Of a stretch of 64,000 nt of DNA, positions 18,988 to 28,220 are shown one piece after another. The notes below the pieces were generated by a model, which was not told where the DNA came from, did not search any database, and saw nothing but the letters and a program-made list of their open reading frames with translations. The stretch is taken from positions 93,758 to 157,757 of the forward strand of contig JAVQSZ010000004.1 of the NCBI GenBank assembly GCA_033581555.1. The letters run 5' to 3'. Each line of letters starts with the position of its first letter. Positions within the stretch are counted from its first letter, which is position 1. The DNA is from Nitrososphaerota archaeon (lineage in GTDB: Archaea; Thermoproteota; Nitrososphaeria_A; Caldarchaeales; Calditenuaceae). The translations under genes were made by a program, and so were the position numbers.

Positions 18988-19052
18988 GCGCGGCGATGAC
19001 CGGTCAGGGTTACCGCGACCGAGTGAGCGGAGGGCGTTTGAGTGAGCCGCGC
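18988..19052 (+). ncRNA. Candidate C/D-box sRNA with guide complementary to 23S helix 69
   Basis: Terminal stem GCGCGGC/GCCGCGC, C-like GCGATGA, D'-like GCGA/CCGA, C'-like GTGAGCG, D-like GTGA; guide GGTCAGGGTTACC pairs 13 nt (one G-U) with 23S GGTAATCCTGACC at 60680-60692; ATAAAT about 25 nt upstream. Confidence 0.6.
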
Positions 19053-19115
19053 CGAATCGTCGGGCCTCGCTGACAACCTTTATCACAAGCCCGAGGACCG
19101 TATTGTGACCACAAA

Positions 19116-19802
19116 ATGCGTCTCGGTCTCGTGATCGGAGCGGTCATCGCGTTGACGTTACTGCTCGCGTTGTCGCCGGTCGCTCAAGCTTCGAGGCCGC
19201 TTCCGGGAACAAACTTCGCGAACGCGCCGTCGCTCAGGCCAGGCTCCTACACCTACGACCTCCAGCCCGGCGACCTCCACTTCTTCAGGGTCGACCTCGT
19301 CAAGGGCCAGACGATCTTCGTGGTGGTCAGGGTGCCGGTAGGCCAGGACTTCGACCTGATCCTGTTCTCGCCGGAGAGGGACCCGATAGAGCAGGGCGTG
19401 AGGCCGAGTGGGTTCTACGAGCGGGTCTCCTACAAGGCCGTCGCCTCAGGCCCCCACTACGTCGTGGTCTATCCATTCGGCCCGTCGAGGGGAGCCTACA
19501 CGCTTGAGATCTCGGTGCTCGACGAGCCCGCGGTGACGGTCACGGTCACCGCGACGGAGCTTAGGTACGTCACGGTGACGGTTCCGGGAGCGACCGTTAC
19601 CGCGCAGGTAGTGTCCTTCAGGACCGTGATGCTCGAGCCGAAGGACGTCGGGACCGAGGCCTGGGGCGCCATGGGGATGGGGCTGGTCGCGATCGGGCTG
19701 GTCGCGACGGCGCTCATCGTCCACGACTCCATCTCGAGGCTGAGGGGGTCTCCGGGCGCCGAGGCACGTCCGAGGCAGGAGGGAGGGGGTGAGGGAGGGT
19801 GA
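19116..19802 (+). CDS. Surface protein with PPC-like beta domain, Thr/Val linker and C-terminal TM anchor
   Basis: Signal peptide, DFDLILF, GPHYVVV, GAYTLEI, VTVTVTAT linker, TM helix. Confidence 0.65.
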   Translation: MRLGLVIGAVIALTLLLALSPVAQASRPLPGTNFANAPSLRPGSYTYDLQPGDLHFFRVDLVKGQTIFVVVRVPVGQDFDLILFSPERDPIEQGVRPSGFYERVSYKAVASGPHYVVVYPFGPSRGAYTLEISVLDEPAVTVTVTATELRYVTVTVPGATVTAQVVSFRTVMLEPKDVGTEAWGAMGMGLVAIGLVATALIVHDSISRLRGSPGAEARPRQEGGGEGG

Positions 19803-20560
19803 CTCGCGCTTTCAGCGGAGTGGTCCTGCTGGTCGCGGTGCTAGTCGTAGCGCTGGCGATGGGCTTCTCGGGCTACTTCCTCGGTTACTCGGTAGGACGC
19901 GATGAGGCGCTCGCGGAGTTCAGGCAGCTCAGGTCGGTGAACGAGAGGCTCGGGGCCGAGCTCGAGTCTCTCAACGCGCAGCTCTCCCAGCTCAGGCTCG
20001 AGCGGGACGACCTCAGGGTACGGGTCAGCTCGCTGCAGGCGAACCTCGCCTCGCTCAGCGAGTCCGTTACCGAGCTCCAGTCGAGGCTCAGGGCGGCGGA
20101 GTCGGCCTCCGCGGAGCTCAACAGGAGAGCCGAGAGGGCCAGGTCCGTGATCTCCGGTCTCGAGAAGGCGATCGCCATCTACACCCAGATCTCGGGGAGG
20201 GACCTGCTCCTCCAGCTCCTCTTCGTCGGCGTAACGGACATCCGGCAGCTGAACGAGACCCGCGTCAGGACCTTCCTCACCAATTATTGGTCCGGGCTGA
20301 AGTCGACGGTCGCGGAGTACGAGCCGCAGCTCACGTCCTCAGTTGACAGGATCATCGGCAACATCGGCGGCGTGATCGACTACATCAGGTGGCTCCAGCG
20401 ACAGCCGCCCGCAGGGGCGAGCTCCGAGGAGGTCCTCAGGTGGCTCCTCGCCTACCCCACGAGCTTCGACGCGTATCAGGAGTCGGTCCTGCGGTTCCTC
20501 GATGAGTTCATGCTCTCCGTCTCCTCCAAGATAATCGCGCTCCGCGACGTCGGCCTCTGA
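19799..20560 (+). CDS. Membrane-anchored coiled-coil hypothetical protein
   Basis: N-terminal TM followed by heptad repeats. Confidence 0.65.
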   Translation: MTRAFSGVVLLVAVLVVALAMGFSGYFLGYSVGRDEALAEFRQLRSVNERLGAELESLNAQLSQLRLERDDLRVRVSSLQANLASLSESVTELQSRLRAAESASAELNRRAERARSVISGLEKAIAIYTQISGRDLLLQLLFVGVTDIRQLNETRVRTFLTNYWSGLKSTVAEYEPQLTSSVDRIIGNIGGVIDYIRWLQRQPPAGASSEEVLRWLLAYPTSFDAYQESVLRFLDEFMLSVSSKIIALRDVGL

Positions 20561-20608
20561 CCTCCGAGAACGTCTAAATCGACCCTTCAGCAAGCCGTTA
20601 CTGCGGGA

Positions 20609-20719
20609 AGCCCGGTCGTCTAGCGGTCAAACTGGCCAGAGGACCAGGGATTCCGGGCTTTGGATCCCCTCCTGGGGAGAGGCGACCCGGAGACGTGGGT
20701 TCGAATCCCACCCGGGCTA
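20609..20719 (+). tRNA. tRNA-Gln(UUG) with two introns: 21/22 (20631-20647) and 37/38 (20664-20684)
   Basis: Acceptor AGCCCGG/CCGGGCT-A; BHB GGTC-AA^A...GACC-AG^G and CTTT-GG^A-TCCCC...GGGGA-GAGG-CG^A. Confidence 0.9.
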
Positions 20720-20841
20720 TCCGGCGCAGAGGGGCGAGTTGCCCCGTTCAGAGTCACTCTGAGGACCGACGGCCCCTGCTGAAGCACCGCAAGCCATCCG
20801 GAGGGCGTCGCTGCGCAAATATACTGCACCTACGATCGTCC

Positions 20842-21777
20842 ATGGGGTTGACCGGGTTCGGCGAGGTCATCGCGAGGCTCGAGCGCGAGAGGAAACCCTA
20901 TGCGATCGCGACCATCGTCAAGGTCGAGGGCTCCTCGCTCGGGAAGCCGGGGTTCAAGATCGTCGTCGACGATGAGGGCAGGATCCTCTACGGGACGTTG
21001 GGGGGCGTCTGCCCCGAGGGCCCGATAGTCTCGGTCGCGGTCGAGGCGATCAAGCAGGACAGGCCGAGGCTCGTCTCGGTCCACCTGGTGGGTCCGGAGG
21101 AGTCGGTGGCTCGGATGGCGGCGGGGAGGGCGTCGGAGGACGAGGTCTTCGTCGAGACCTTCTGCGGCGGGAGGCTAGAGATCTTCGTCGAGCCGAGGTC
21201 GCCCAGGAGGAGGCTCGTGATCGTCGCTCAAGGGGGGAGGGACGACGTCGAGGAGGCGCTGGTCAGCTTCGGGAGGATTCTGGGTTTCGAGACGGTCGTC
21301 GTGAACCCCGCCCCCGCCCTGACCGTTGAGCCCGACGTCCTGATCACCGACCTCTCCTTCGACATCGGCTCTCTGAACCTCGGGGAGCGGGACTACGTCG
21401 TCGTCCTGACGAAGGGCGGCAGGGACCTGGAGGTCCTGGAGAGCCTCTCGAGGACGAAGGTAGGCTACGTGGGGTTGGTCGCGAGCAGGAAGCGGGTCGC
21501 GAGGAACCTGGAGCTCCTGAGGTCGAGGGGCGTCAGCGAGGAGTTCATCAGGTCCCTCAGCGCCCCCGCGGGGATCGACATCGGTGCCTACACGCCGGAG
21601 GAGGTGGCTCTGGCAGTCGTCGCGGAGGTCGTCGCGAAGATCCGGGGCGTAAAGGTGCGGAGGAAGGGAGAGGAGGAGCAGGCACAGGCACCGACGCAGA
21701 CCTCAACGACTGAGGCCGCCGGAGAGGTCAGGGTAGTGAGTGGGGCCTGCGAGCCGTCACCGAGGGCCGGGGCCTAA
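20842..21777 (+). CDS. xdhC: XdhC/CoxI family molybdo-enzyme maturation protein
   Basis: GTLGGVCPEG, CGGRLEIFVEP, YVGLVASRKR, APAGIDIGA.TPEEVAL. Confidence 0.9.
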   Translation: MGLTGFGEVIARLERERKPYAIATIVKVEGSSLGKPGFKIVVDDEGRILYGTLGGVCPEGPIVSVAVEAIKQDRPRLVSVHLVGPEESVARMAAGRASEDEVFVETFCGGRLEIFVEPRSPRRRLVIVAQGGRDDVEEALVSFGRILGFETVVVNPAPALTVEPDVLITDLSFDIGSLNLGERDYVVVLTKGGRDLEVLESLSRTKVGYVGLVASRKRVARNLELLRSRGVSEEFIRSLSAPAGIDIGAYTPEEVALAVVAEVVAKIRGVKVRRKGEEEQAQAPTQTSTTEAAGEVRVVSGACEPSPRAGA

Positions 21778-21823
21778 GGTGGCGACCGGCTCACGCTTAT
21801 ACCCCGCTCTCTCTGACTAGGTT

Positions 21824-22120
21824 GGGGACGGGCAGCTGGGCGGGCTTCGGGGAGATCCCGGGGAAGTTCCTCCCTCCCACGGTGGGCCCGGTGCCGTGAG
21901 GCACGGGGGGAGACCTCCGGCAACGCCACAGAAACGATACCCCTCCGGCCGGATGCGGGCTGACGCGGGAGGTCCCGCCGACGACGGCCGGAGACCGGAT
22001 GAAACGGGCGTCCCGGGCGGAGAAAGTGGTCGGGGCCGTGAGCCCCACCGTCGAGCCCCGGAGCGACGAGAAGACGGATCCCGCCTAGAACAGAAGGAGG
22101 GCTACGGGCTGCCCGTCCCC
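21824..22120 (+). ncRNA. rnpB: Archaeal RNase P RNA
   Basis: P1 GGGGACGGGCAGC/GCTGCCCGTCCCC, P4 5' GGAAGTTCCTCC, ACAGAAAC, GAAACGG, 3' AACAGAAGGAGGGCTA. Confidence 0.92.
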
Positions 22121-22121
22121 G

Positions 22122-23309
22122 CTACCCCTTCCTCCCCCTGCCGAGCCTCTCGTGGGCCCTGGCGAGGTGGTGCGCCGAGAGCGCCGACGTCAGCGAGAGC
22201 TCCCCCGCGAGCGCGGCCCCGGCCAGCACCTCCGCGAACTTCTTCGCGTTGGTCCCCGGAGGGTCACCGGGCCCTGCGACGCCCATGATCGAGAGCGCGG
22301 CCCTCTGCGCTGGGAGCCAGGTACCTCCGCCGACGGTCCCGACCTCGAGGCTGGGCATCGTGAGGCTGAAGTAGAGGTCGCCCTCCTGAGTTACGTCAGC
22401 GTAGGTGATCGACATGCTGGACTCGACGACCTGCGCCGGGTCCTGGCCGGTCGCGATGAAGACCGCCGCCACCACGTTCGCGACGTGAGCGTTGAAGCCC
22501 CCGAGGGCTCCCGCGAGCGCCGAACCGACGTAGAGCTTCGCAGAGACGACCCTGACCACGGCCTCGGGAGTGGTCTTCAGGACTGATGCGACGACCTCCC
22601 TCTTGATCACGGCCTCCGCGGAGACGGTCTTCCCCCTTCCGGTCACCCAGTTGACCGCGGCGGGCTTCTTGTCGGTGCAGAGGTTGCCGCTGAGGGAGAC
22701 GTGCCTGACCCACTCGAGCCTCGACGTGATCTCCTCGACGACGCGCTCCGCGGCCCTCGTGACCATGTTCATCCCCATCGCGTCGCCCGTTGTGGCCTCC
22801 ATCCTGAGGAAGACGTACTTCCCGGCGACGAAGGGCTTGACTGCCCTGAGGTCGCCGTGGGACGTCGTCGACCTGAAGGCCTCCCTGAGGACCTGGAAGT
22901 TCTCCTCGACCCACCTCGCGAGCCTCAGGCTCCACTCGAGGCCCGGAGTCTCGAGCGCAGGGGCTCTGGTCATCTTGTCGTCCAAGACCCTCGCCCTCAC
23001 CGAGCCCGACGCCCTTATCGCGGAGGCTCCCCTGTTCACCGTCGCGACCAGCGCGCCCTCCGTCGTAGCCAGGGGGACATAGGCGTTCCCCCTGAAGTGC
23101 TCGCCCTCGACCGGGATCGGTCCCGCAATCCCCACAGGTATCGTGACGCCCCCTATCGTGTTCTCGCAGTTCCTGCCTACTATCCCCTCGAACGGCAGGT
23201 CGACGTCCAGGGCAGAGAGGTCCAGGCCGAGCTTGCTCTCGAGGAACCTCCTCCGGAGCGCAGTCGCGTCCTGAGGACCGACGATCTCGTCGAGCGCGTG
23301 GAGCTTCAC
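22122..23309 (-). CDS. hmgA: HMG-CoA reductase (NADPH, class I)
   Basis: NCENTIG, PLATTEGAL, TGDAMGMNM, SGNLCTDKKP, GTVGGGT. Confidence 0.95.
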   Translation of the reverse strand: MKLHALDEIVGPQDATALRRRFLESKLGLDLSALDVDLPFEGIVGRNCENTIGGVTIPVGIAGPIPVEGEHFRGNAYVPLATTEGALVATVNRGASAIRASGSVRARVLDDKMTRAPALETPGLEWSLRLARWVEENFQVLREAFRSTTSHGDLRAVKPFVAGKYVFLRMEATTGDAMGMNMVTRAAERVVEEITSRLEWVRHVSLSGNLCTDKKPAAVNWVTGRGKTVSAEAVIKREVVASVLKTTPEAVVRVVSAKLYVGSALAGALGGFNAHVANVVAAVFIATGQDPAQVVESSMSITYADVTQEGDLYFSLTMPSLEVGTVGGGTWLPAQRAALSIMGVAGPGDPPGTNAKKFAEVLAGAALAGELSLTSALSAHHLARAHERLGRGRKG

Positions 23310-23358
23310 CCTCCCGGTCAGGAGGTCCTCGAGCGAGACGGCCTCAGACCCGCCCAGC

Positions 23359-24900
23359 TCACCTCACCACCTTCGGGACCGTCGGCGCGTACCTCATCCT
23401 CTCCCTGATGGGCTTCGGCCAGTCGTCGACCTCGAACCCGTGCCTCGCGAGGAAGGCCGCAGCCCACCTCGATATCCCGTGGCCGACGCAGCCGGTCCAG
23501 ACCGGCCTCTCCTTCACCTCCTTTATCCTGAAGGCGTTGACGTAGAAGTCCCTGTGGACAGTCGCGGCCGTGATCTCGAGCCACTCGGCCTCCTCCCTCT
23601 CGCCCCTGTAAGCCATGTAGACCTCTACGTCCAGCGTCGGGATCTTAGCCGACGTCGATACGTCGATCACCCTCTTCCTGGCCTCCTCAGGCGAGAGGTA
23701 AAAGGGCGCGCCCGCGACGACCCGCCACTCGAGGTCTAGGTCCTTGTCTACTACCTCTACCGTTCTGTCGATTATCGAGTCCCTCAGCTCTACGACGTCC
23801 TCCGGCGAGCCTAGCACCACCATCTCCATCCTGAGGAACTCGTTGGTCCTGACGATCCCCTCGACCCCTCCTGCCTCGTTCCTCCAGGTCCACCCTCCCA
23901 TCACGTCGAAGGCCTTCACGGGGAGGTCCTCGAGCCTGACGTACTCCTGGCTGAAGAACTGGTAGAAGGGCGGGCACTGGACCGCGTCCAGGACGTACCT
24001 CGGGTCCTCGAGGACGTTCCTCAGCAAGTCGACCCTGAGCTCCCTCCTTAGCGAGTACTCCCTCTTGAACTCGGCGAAGGCGCTCGGGTCTCTCGGTGGC
24101 GGACAGACGTAAAAGAGGCCCTCGGGGAGGTGCTCGACGTAAGTAGAGAGCTTCTGGAGGACCTCTATCGGCAAGAGCCTCGGGAAGACCCACTCCTGGA
24201 AGCCGAGCGGCAGGCAGATCCGGTCTATTATCAGCTGAACTATGGACCTGACGAGCGAGGCCATGGGAGGAGCGTAGATCCACTGGCCCCTCCCTGGGAA
24301 GCGTTTGATCCAACCGAGCGACTCCGCCACCTGCCCCACGTCCTCGATGACCTTTTGGGGCCTCGCGGGGCCCCTCTTCAGGACGGTCCCGAAGGTCGCC
24401 GGGACCGCGATCTCCTCCGCGACCGCGGAGACCCTCACCCTCCTCAGCGCCCTCTCGACGAGCCTGTCTTGTAGCTCCCTCTCGGTGATGCCCGTGAACC
24501 TTATTTCGAGCGAGTCCCCGACCTGTGAGACCTCCGCGACGCCCTCCAGCTCCCTCGCAGCCCTCTCGCGGTCGAAGCCCCTCTCGAGCCTGACGGTCAG
24601 CTCCTCGACCAGCGTCCCTCTGACCCCGACCCTGTAGGACCTCCCCATCGACTCGGCGACCGCGTTCTTCAGCCTCAGGACCGCGTCGGTCGCCCAGACC
24701 GCTGTCCCTGACTCGACCTCGAACTGGACCTCGTTCCCCCTCAGCTCGAACCTCAGCAGCTTCGCACCTTCCGTCGCCCTCTCCGGCGGAACGCCCTTTG
24801 AGAGGGCCGCGTTCAGGTCCGCGATGAGCCTCTCTAGACCGTCAGCGCTGACGGCTGGTGCTGCGCTGAGGACGAATTTGCCTCTCGCGAGCATCCTCAA
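23359..24900 (-). CDS. serS: Seryl-tRNA synthetase, methanogen-type (type 2)
   Basis: GWIKRFPGRGQW, QCPPFYQF, GWTWRNEAGG...NEFLRME, WTGCVGHGISRW; long non-coiled-coil N-domain. Confidence 0.9.
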   Translation of the reverse strand: MRMLARGKFVLSAAPAVSADGLERLIADLNAALSKGVPPERATEGAKLLRFELRGNEVQFEVESGTAVWATDAVLRLKNAVAESMGRSYRVGVRGTLVEELTVRLERGFDRERAARELEGVAEVSQVGDSLEIRFTGITERELQDRLVERALRRVRVSAVAEEIAVPATFGTVLKRGPARPQKVIEDVGQVAESLGWIKRFPGRGQWIYAPPMASLVRSIVQLIIDRICLPLGFQEWVFPRLLPIEVLQKLSTYVEHLPEGLFYVCPPPRDPSAFAEFKREYSLRRELRVDLLRNVLEDPRYVLDAVQCPPFYQFFSQEYVRLEDLPVKAFDVMGGWTWRNEAGGVEGIVRTNEFLRMEMVVLGSPEDVVELRDSIIDRTVEVVDKDLDLEWRVVAGAPFYLSPEEARKRVIDVSTSAKIPTLDVEVYMAYRGEREEAEWLEITAATVHRDFYVNAFRIKEVKERPVWTGCVGHGISRWAAAFLARHGFEVDDWPKPIRERMRYAPTVPKVVR

Positions 24901-25020
24901 AGCCTATCCCTGACCGGTGGTCCTCCGGTAACATAAACTTACGGGGAAACCGGCTGCGGTCTCCCTCTTCGACCTCCGCCGTAGACTGATATAGGACCAG
25001 GGGTCGAGGGTGATGCGAGG

Positions 25021-25362
25021 ATGGAGTTCTGCCCGAACTGCGGCAGCTTCATGACGACCGCGAGGACGAGCGGAGGTGTCGCGCTGGTCTGCAGGCGATG
25101 CGGCTACAGGAAGGCCGGAAGGACGGTTGAGATCAAGCTGAGGACCTCCAACAGGCCGACGGGGAGGCAGAGGGTCGGGATCGTCGTGGAGGAGGCCGGC
25201 GAGGAGTCCTCGGTCCACCCGAAGACGACCGACGTGGTCTGCCCGGAGTGCGGGAACAGGGAGGCCTACTGGTGGACGGTGCAGACGAGGTCCGCAGACG
25301 AGCCGATGACCCAGTTCTTCAGGTGCACCAAGTGCGGCCACACCTGGCGCGAGTACGCCTGA
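25021..25362 (+). CDS. tfs: Transcription factor S
   Basis: MEFCPNCGS; QTRSADEPMTQFFRCTKCGHTWRE. Confidence 0.95.
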   Translation: MEFCPNCGSFMTTARTSGGVALVCRRCGYRKAGRTVEIKLRTSNRPTGRQRVGIVVEEAGEESSVHPKTTDVVCPECGNREAYWWTVQTRSADEPMTQFFRCTKCGHTWREYA

Positions 25363-25372
25363 AGCCCCGCGC

Positions 25373-26101
25373 TCACCTCTCGACCAAGACCGCCTTCTTC
25401 CTACACCCCACTGGGAACCTGACGGAGTTCCAGACCTCCTCCCGGGCGAGGAGCGAGTAGACCCCGGAGCACCTGATCCCCTTGTCCTGGAGGAGGGAGA
25501 TGAAGTCCGTGAGCGGATGGGGCGACCCGACCGAGCTCGCGAAGACCAGCACTCCGTCCTTGTAGGACTTGATGACCGATGGTACCCAGAGGTGCCTCGA
25601 GGAGTAGTCGCCCTTCGGCTTGTAGGTGACCGGGAAGTACTCCTCCGTGTCACACATCGGCCGCTCACCGACCAACACCAGCCCGCAGCCAGTGACGAGC
25701 GAGAACGCGACCGTCAAGGGGATAGCCGGCGGGTCCAGGTTCGCGGCCGCGACCACCCTAGTCCCCTCGAAGGCCCCGAGCGCGTGGTACGCGAGGATCT
25801 TCAGGGCCTGGCCGTCGGAAGCTAGCCTGATCGACCACCGGTCCCGATAGCTCTCGACGTACTCCCTCACGAGCTCTTCTGGCCTGATGATCTCGAGGGC
25901 CCGCCTCATGATCTCCCTCGCGACCCGGGGCCTCGGGACGGTCTTCCTGTGGAGGTACCTCGCTAAGGTGGACTGCGAGATGCCCAGCAGCTTCGAGAGC
26001 TTTCTGTAGTTGTACCTGCTCTTGAGGAAGTATAGGACGTCGACCGCCGCGGTCACGTTCTGCGTCGTGATCACCGTCCTCTGGGCTGTCATCCCTCTCA
26101 C
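25373..26101 (-). CDS. HTH + degenerate PRTase-domain transcription regulator
   Basis: YNYRKLSKLLGISQSTLARY helix-turn-helix followed by a PRT-like fold; start uncertain. Confidence 0.7.
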   Translation of the reverse strand: MRGMTAQRTVITTQNVTAAVDVLYFLKSRYNYRKLSKLLGISQSTLARYLHRKTVPRPRVAREIMRRALEIIRPEELVREYVESYRDRWSIRLASDGQALKILAYHALGAFEGTRVVAAANLDPPAIPLTVAFSLVTGCGLVLVGERPMCDTEEYFPVTYKPKGDYSSRHLWVPSVIKSYKDGVLVFASSVGSPHPLTDFISLLQDKGIRCSGVYSLLAREEVWNSVRFPVGCRKKAVLVER

Positions 26102-26147
26102 GACCGAACGTCCGAAATTAAGCAGTATTCCCGAGGTCAGGATGGGC

Positions 26148-26669
26148 TCAGCCGCGGAGCCTCAGGCTTCTCCTGTGGTGCTCAGGGAGGACGCCGAGGA
26201 GCCTCTCGTAGGTCCCGGAGAGGAGCTCGGGAAGCACCTTGGTGTCGCTTATCACCGGCATGAAGTTCGTGTCGCCGACCCACCTGGGGACCACGTGGAC
26301 GTGGATGTGGTCCTCGATCCCCGCTCCGGCCGCCTTGCCCAAGTTCATCCCTATGTTGAAACCCGAGGGCCTGTAGGCCTTGTTCAGCAGCTCTACGGAG
26401 AGCCTCGTCAGGCCCATCAACTCGGTCAGCTCGTCGTCGCGGAGCCTCATGATGTCGCCCTCGTGTCTCACCGTCGCGATCATGAGGTGCCCGGTGTTGT
26501 ACGGGAAGGCGTTCAGAATGACGAAGGCCCTCCTGCCCCTGACCAAGATGAGGTTGGCCCTGTCGTCGCTGCCGTTGAACTTCTGGCAGAAGACGCATCC
26601 CTCCTTCGAGCCCGACTTCACAGCCCTCTCGATGTAGCCCATCCTCCACGGCGCCCAGAGCCTCTCCAC
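26148..26669 (-). CDS. HIT family hydrolase
   Basis: LWAPWRMGYI, CVFC, NAFPYNTGH, HIHVHVVPRW. Confidence 0.93.
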   Translation of the reverse strand: MERLWAPWRMGYIERAVKSGSKEGCVFCQKFNGSDDRANLILVRGRRAFVILNAFPYNTGHLMIATVRHEGDIMRLRDDELTELMGLTRLSVELLNKAYRPSGFNIGMNLGKAAGAGIEDHIHVHVVPRWVGDTNFMPVISDTKVLPELLSGTYERLLGVLPEHHRRSLRLRG

Positions 26670-26725
26670 GCACTTCGGTCGCCGACCACGCCCTTAAAGC
26701 TTGAGCACCCGGCGGGAGATCGTTA

Positions 26726-26962
26726 TTGACGGGCTTCGACCGCATCGGACAGGTGGCGGAGTTGTTCTACGTCGTGAAGTGTCCGAGGTGCTCAGGGATC
26801 TCCGTCACGAGGGCGAGGACGGCCTACAGGTGTCCGTTCTGCGGCCTGAAGGTCTCAGTAGACGAGACGACGGTCCTACACGTCGCGAGGGACGCCAAGA
26901 GGGCGAGGGAGGTCGCGTCACGGCTGAAGGTCAAGGGCTCGGGTTCGGGTCAGACCGAGTGA
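26726..26962 (+). CDS. Small Zn-ribbon protein (DUF1922-like)
   Basis: CPRC...CPFCG. Confidence 0.7.
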   Translation: MTGFDRIGQVAELFYVVKCPRCSGISVTRARTAYRCPFCGLKVSVDETTVLHVARDAKRAREVASRLKVKGSGSGQTE

Positions 26963-28086
26963 AGCTCCACGACCTCCGACTCCCCGGTTAGGGCCATCGG
27001 TCTGGAGGGTGAGGCCCACTCTGCCTCCCTCCCGTGGATCACGGCTTCGATGAGGAGCTCGGCGACGCCCGCTGACCTCATCAGCCCGTAGCCGTCGAGG
27101 CCGTCGACGATGAAGCAGTTGCTGGTCCCCGGCACCCTGCCCACCAGCGGCATCCCGTCGTGAGTCGAGCTGCACGGCCCCGCCCATCCGCCCTCGACGA
27201 GGATCGCCTCGGGGCGCCTCAGCCTCTCCGAGAGCAGGTCCACGATGTGGTAGACGTACTCGGGCTCGGCAGGCCCTATCGCGCCCTCGGCCGTTTCGAC
27301 CACCCTCGAGTATCCGTTCCCCGCCAGCGAGGTCCTGCCGACGTCATGCCGCATGTAGAGGTGGTTCTCGGAGACGTAGAAGGGAACGTAATCCCACGGC
27401 TCGAGGAACCTTAACTTCACCACTTGACACTTGTATATCACAGTGGGCACGTCGTAGATCCCGAGCTCCGACATCAACGGCTTGTTCCACGGCCCCGCCG
27501 CGAAGACCACGTTATCGGCCCTCAGGCTCCCCTTGCCGTCGAGCTGAACGCTCTCCACCGAGTCGCCCGAGAACCGAACGCCGGTTATCCTGTTCCTCAA
27601 GTAGACCTCCACGCCCAACAGGTCGAGGAGCCTCGAGTAGGCCCTCCCAAGCCCCTCCGGGTCGACGACCCTGTCGACTCCCGTGTAGACGCCGAGCTCG
27701 TGGTCCTTAGTCAGAAGCATCGGGATCCGCTCCCGCAGCTCGTCGTGGTCAAGGAGCGTGCAGTTCACGCCCTGTGAGGTAAGCATCCTCGCGGTCTCCT
27801 CCGCCATCCACTGAGGCTCGACGGTCACGAAGCCCGTCTCCTCCATGAACTTCACCTCCGAGAGCTTCTCTACTTCCTCGAGGACCTCTATCGTCCTCAG
27901 GGCCAGCCTCACGTCCTGTTCAAGGCTCAACTGGGCTGTCACTATTCCGGCGCTGAACCCCGTGGCCCCGCTCAGCACGTTGTGCCGCTCGATCAGTGCC
28001 ACGTTCATTCCCCTCTTCGCGGCAAGGTACGCGATGGCAAGTCCTACCGCTCCACCACCGATCACCACGATGTCGTGTGAGGTCAT
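26950..28086 (-). CDS. FAD-dependent oxidoreductase (DAO/sarcosine-oxidase-like)
   Basis: VIGGGAVG, GATGFSAG, AAGPW, THDGMPLVG, GYGLM. Confidence 0.88.
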   Translation of the reverse strand: MTSHDIVVIGGGAVGLAIAYLAAKRGMNVALIERHNVLSGATGFSAGIVTAQLSLEQDVRLALRTIEVLEEVEKLSEVKFMEETGFVTVEPQWMAEETARMLTSQGVNCTLLDHDELRERIPMLLTKDHELGVYTGVDRVVDPEGLGRAYSRLLDLLGVEVYLRNRITGVRFSGDSVESVQLDGKGSLRADNVVFAAGPWNKPLMSELGIYDVPTVIYKCQVVKLRFLEPWDYVPFYVSENHLYMRHDVGRTSLAGNGYSRVVETAEGAIGPAEPEYVYHIVDLLSERLRRPEAILVEGGWAGPCSSTHDGMPLVGRVPGTSNCFIVDGLDGYGLMRSAGVAELLIEAVIHGREAEWASPSRPMALTGESEVVELHSV

Positions 28087-28220
28087 GACCTTTCACCCGT
28101 TGTTTCGTTTCCTGCACCCAATATAACCGTAGGTTCTTTTATTTTCAGTAATACGGCGAACTGATATAATAAAAGGCCTGCTCTTAAAACATGTTGCATG
28201 AAATCACATGAATAATGAAC

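Noticed and set aside
21797-22288. ORFs over the xdhC-hmgA gap
   Set aside because: Region is RNase P RNA
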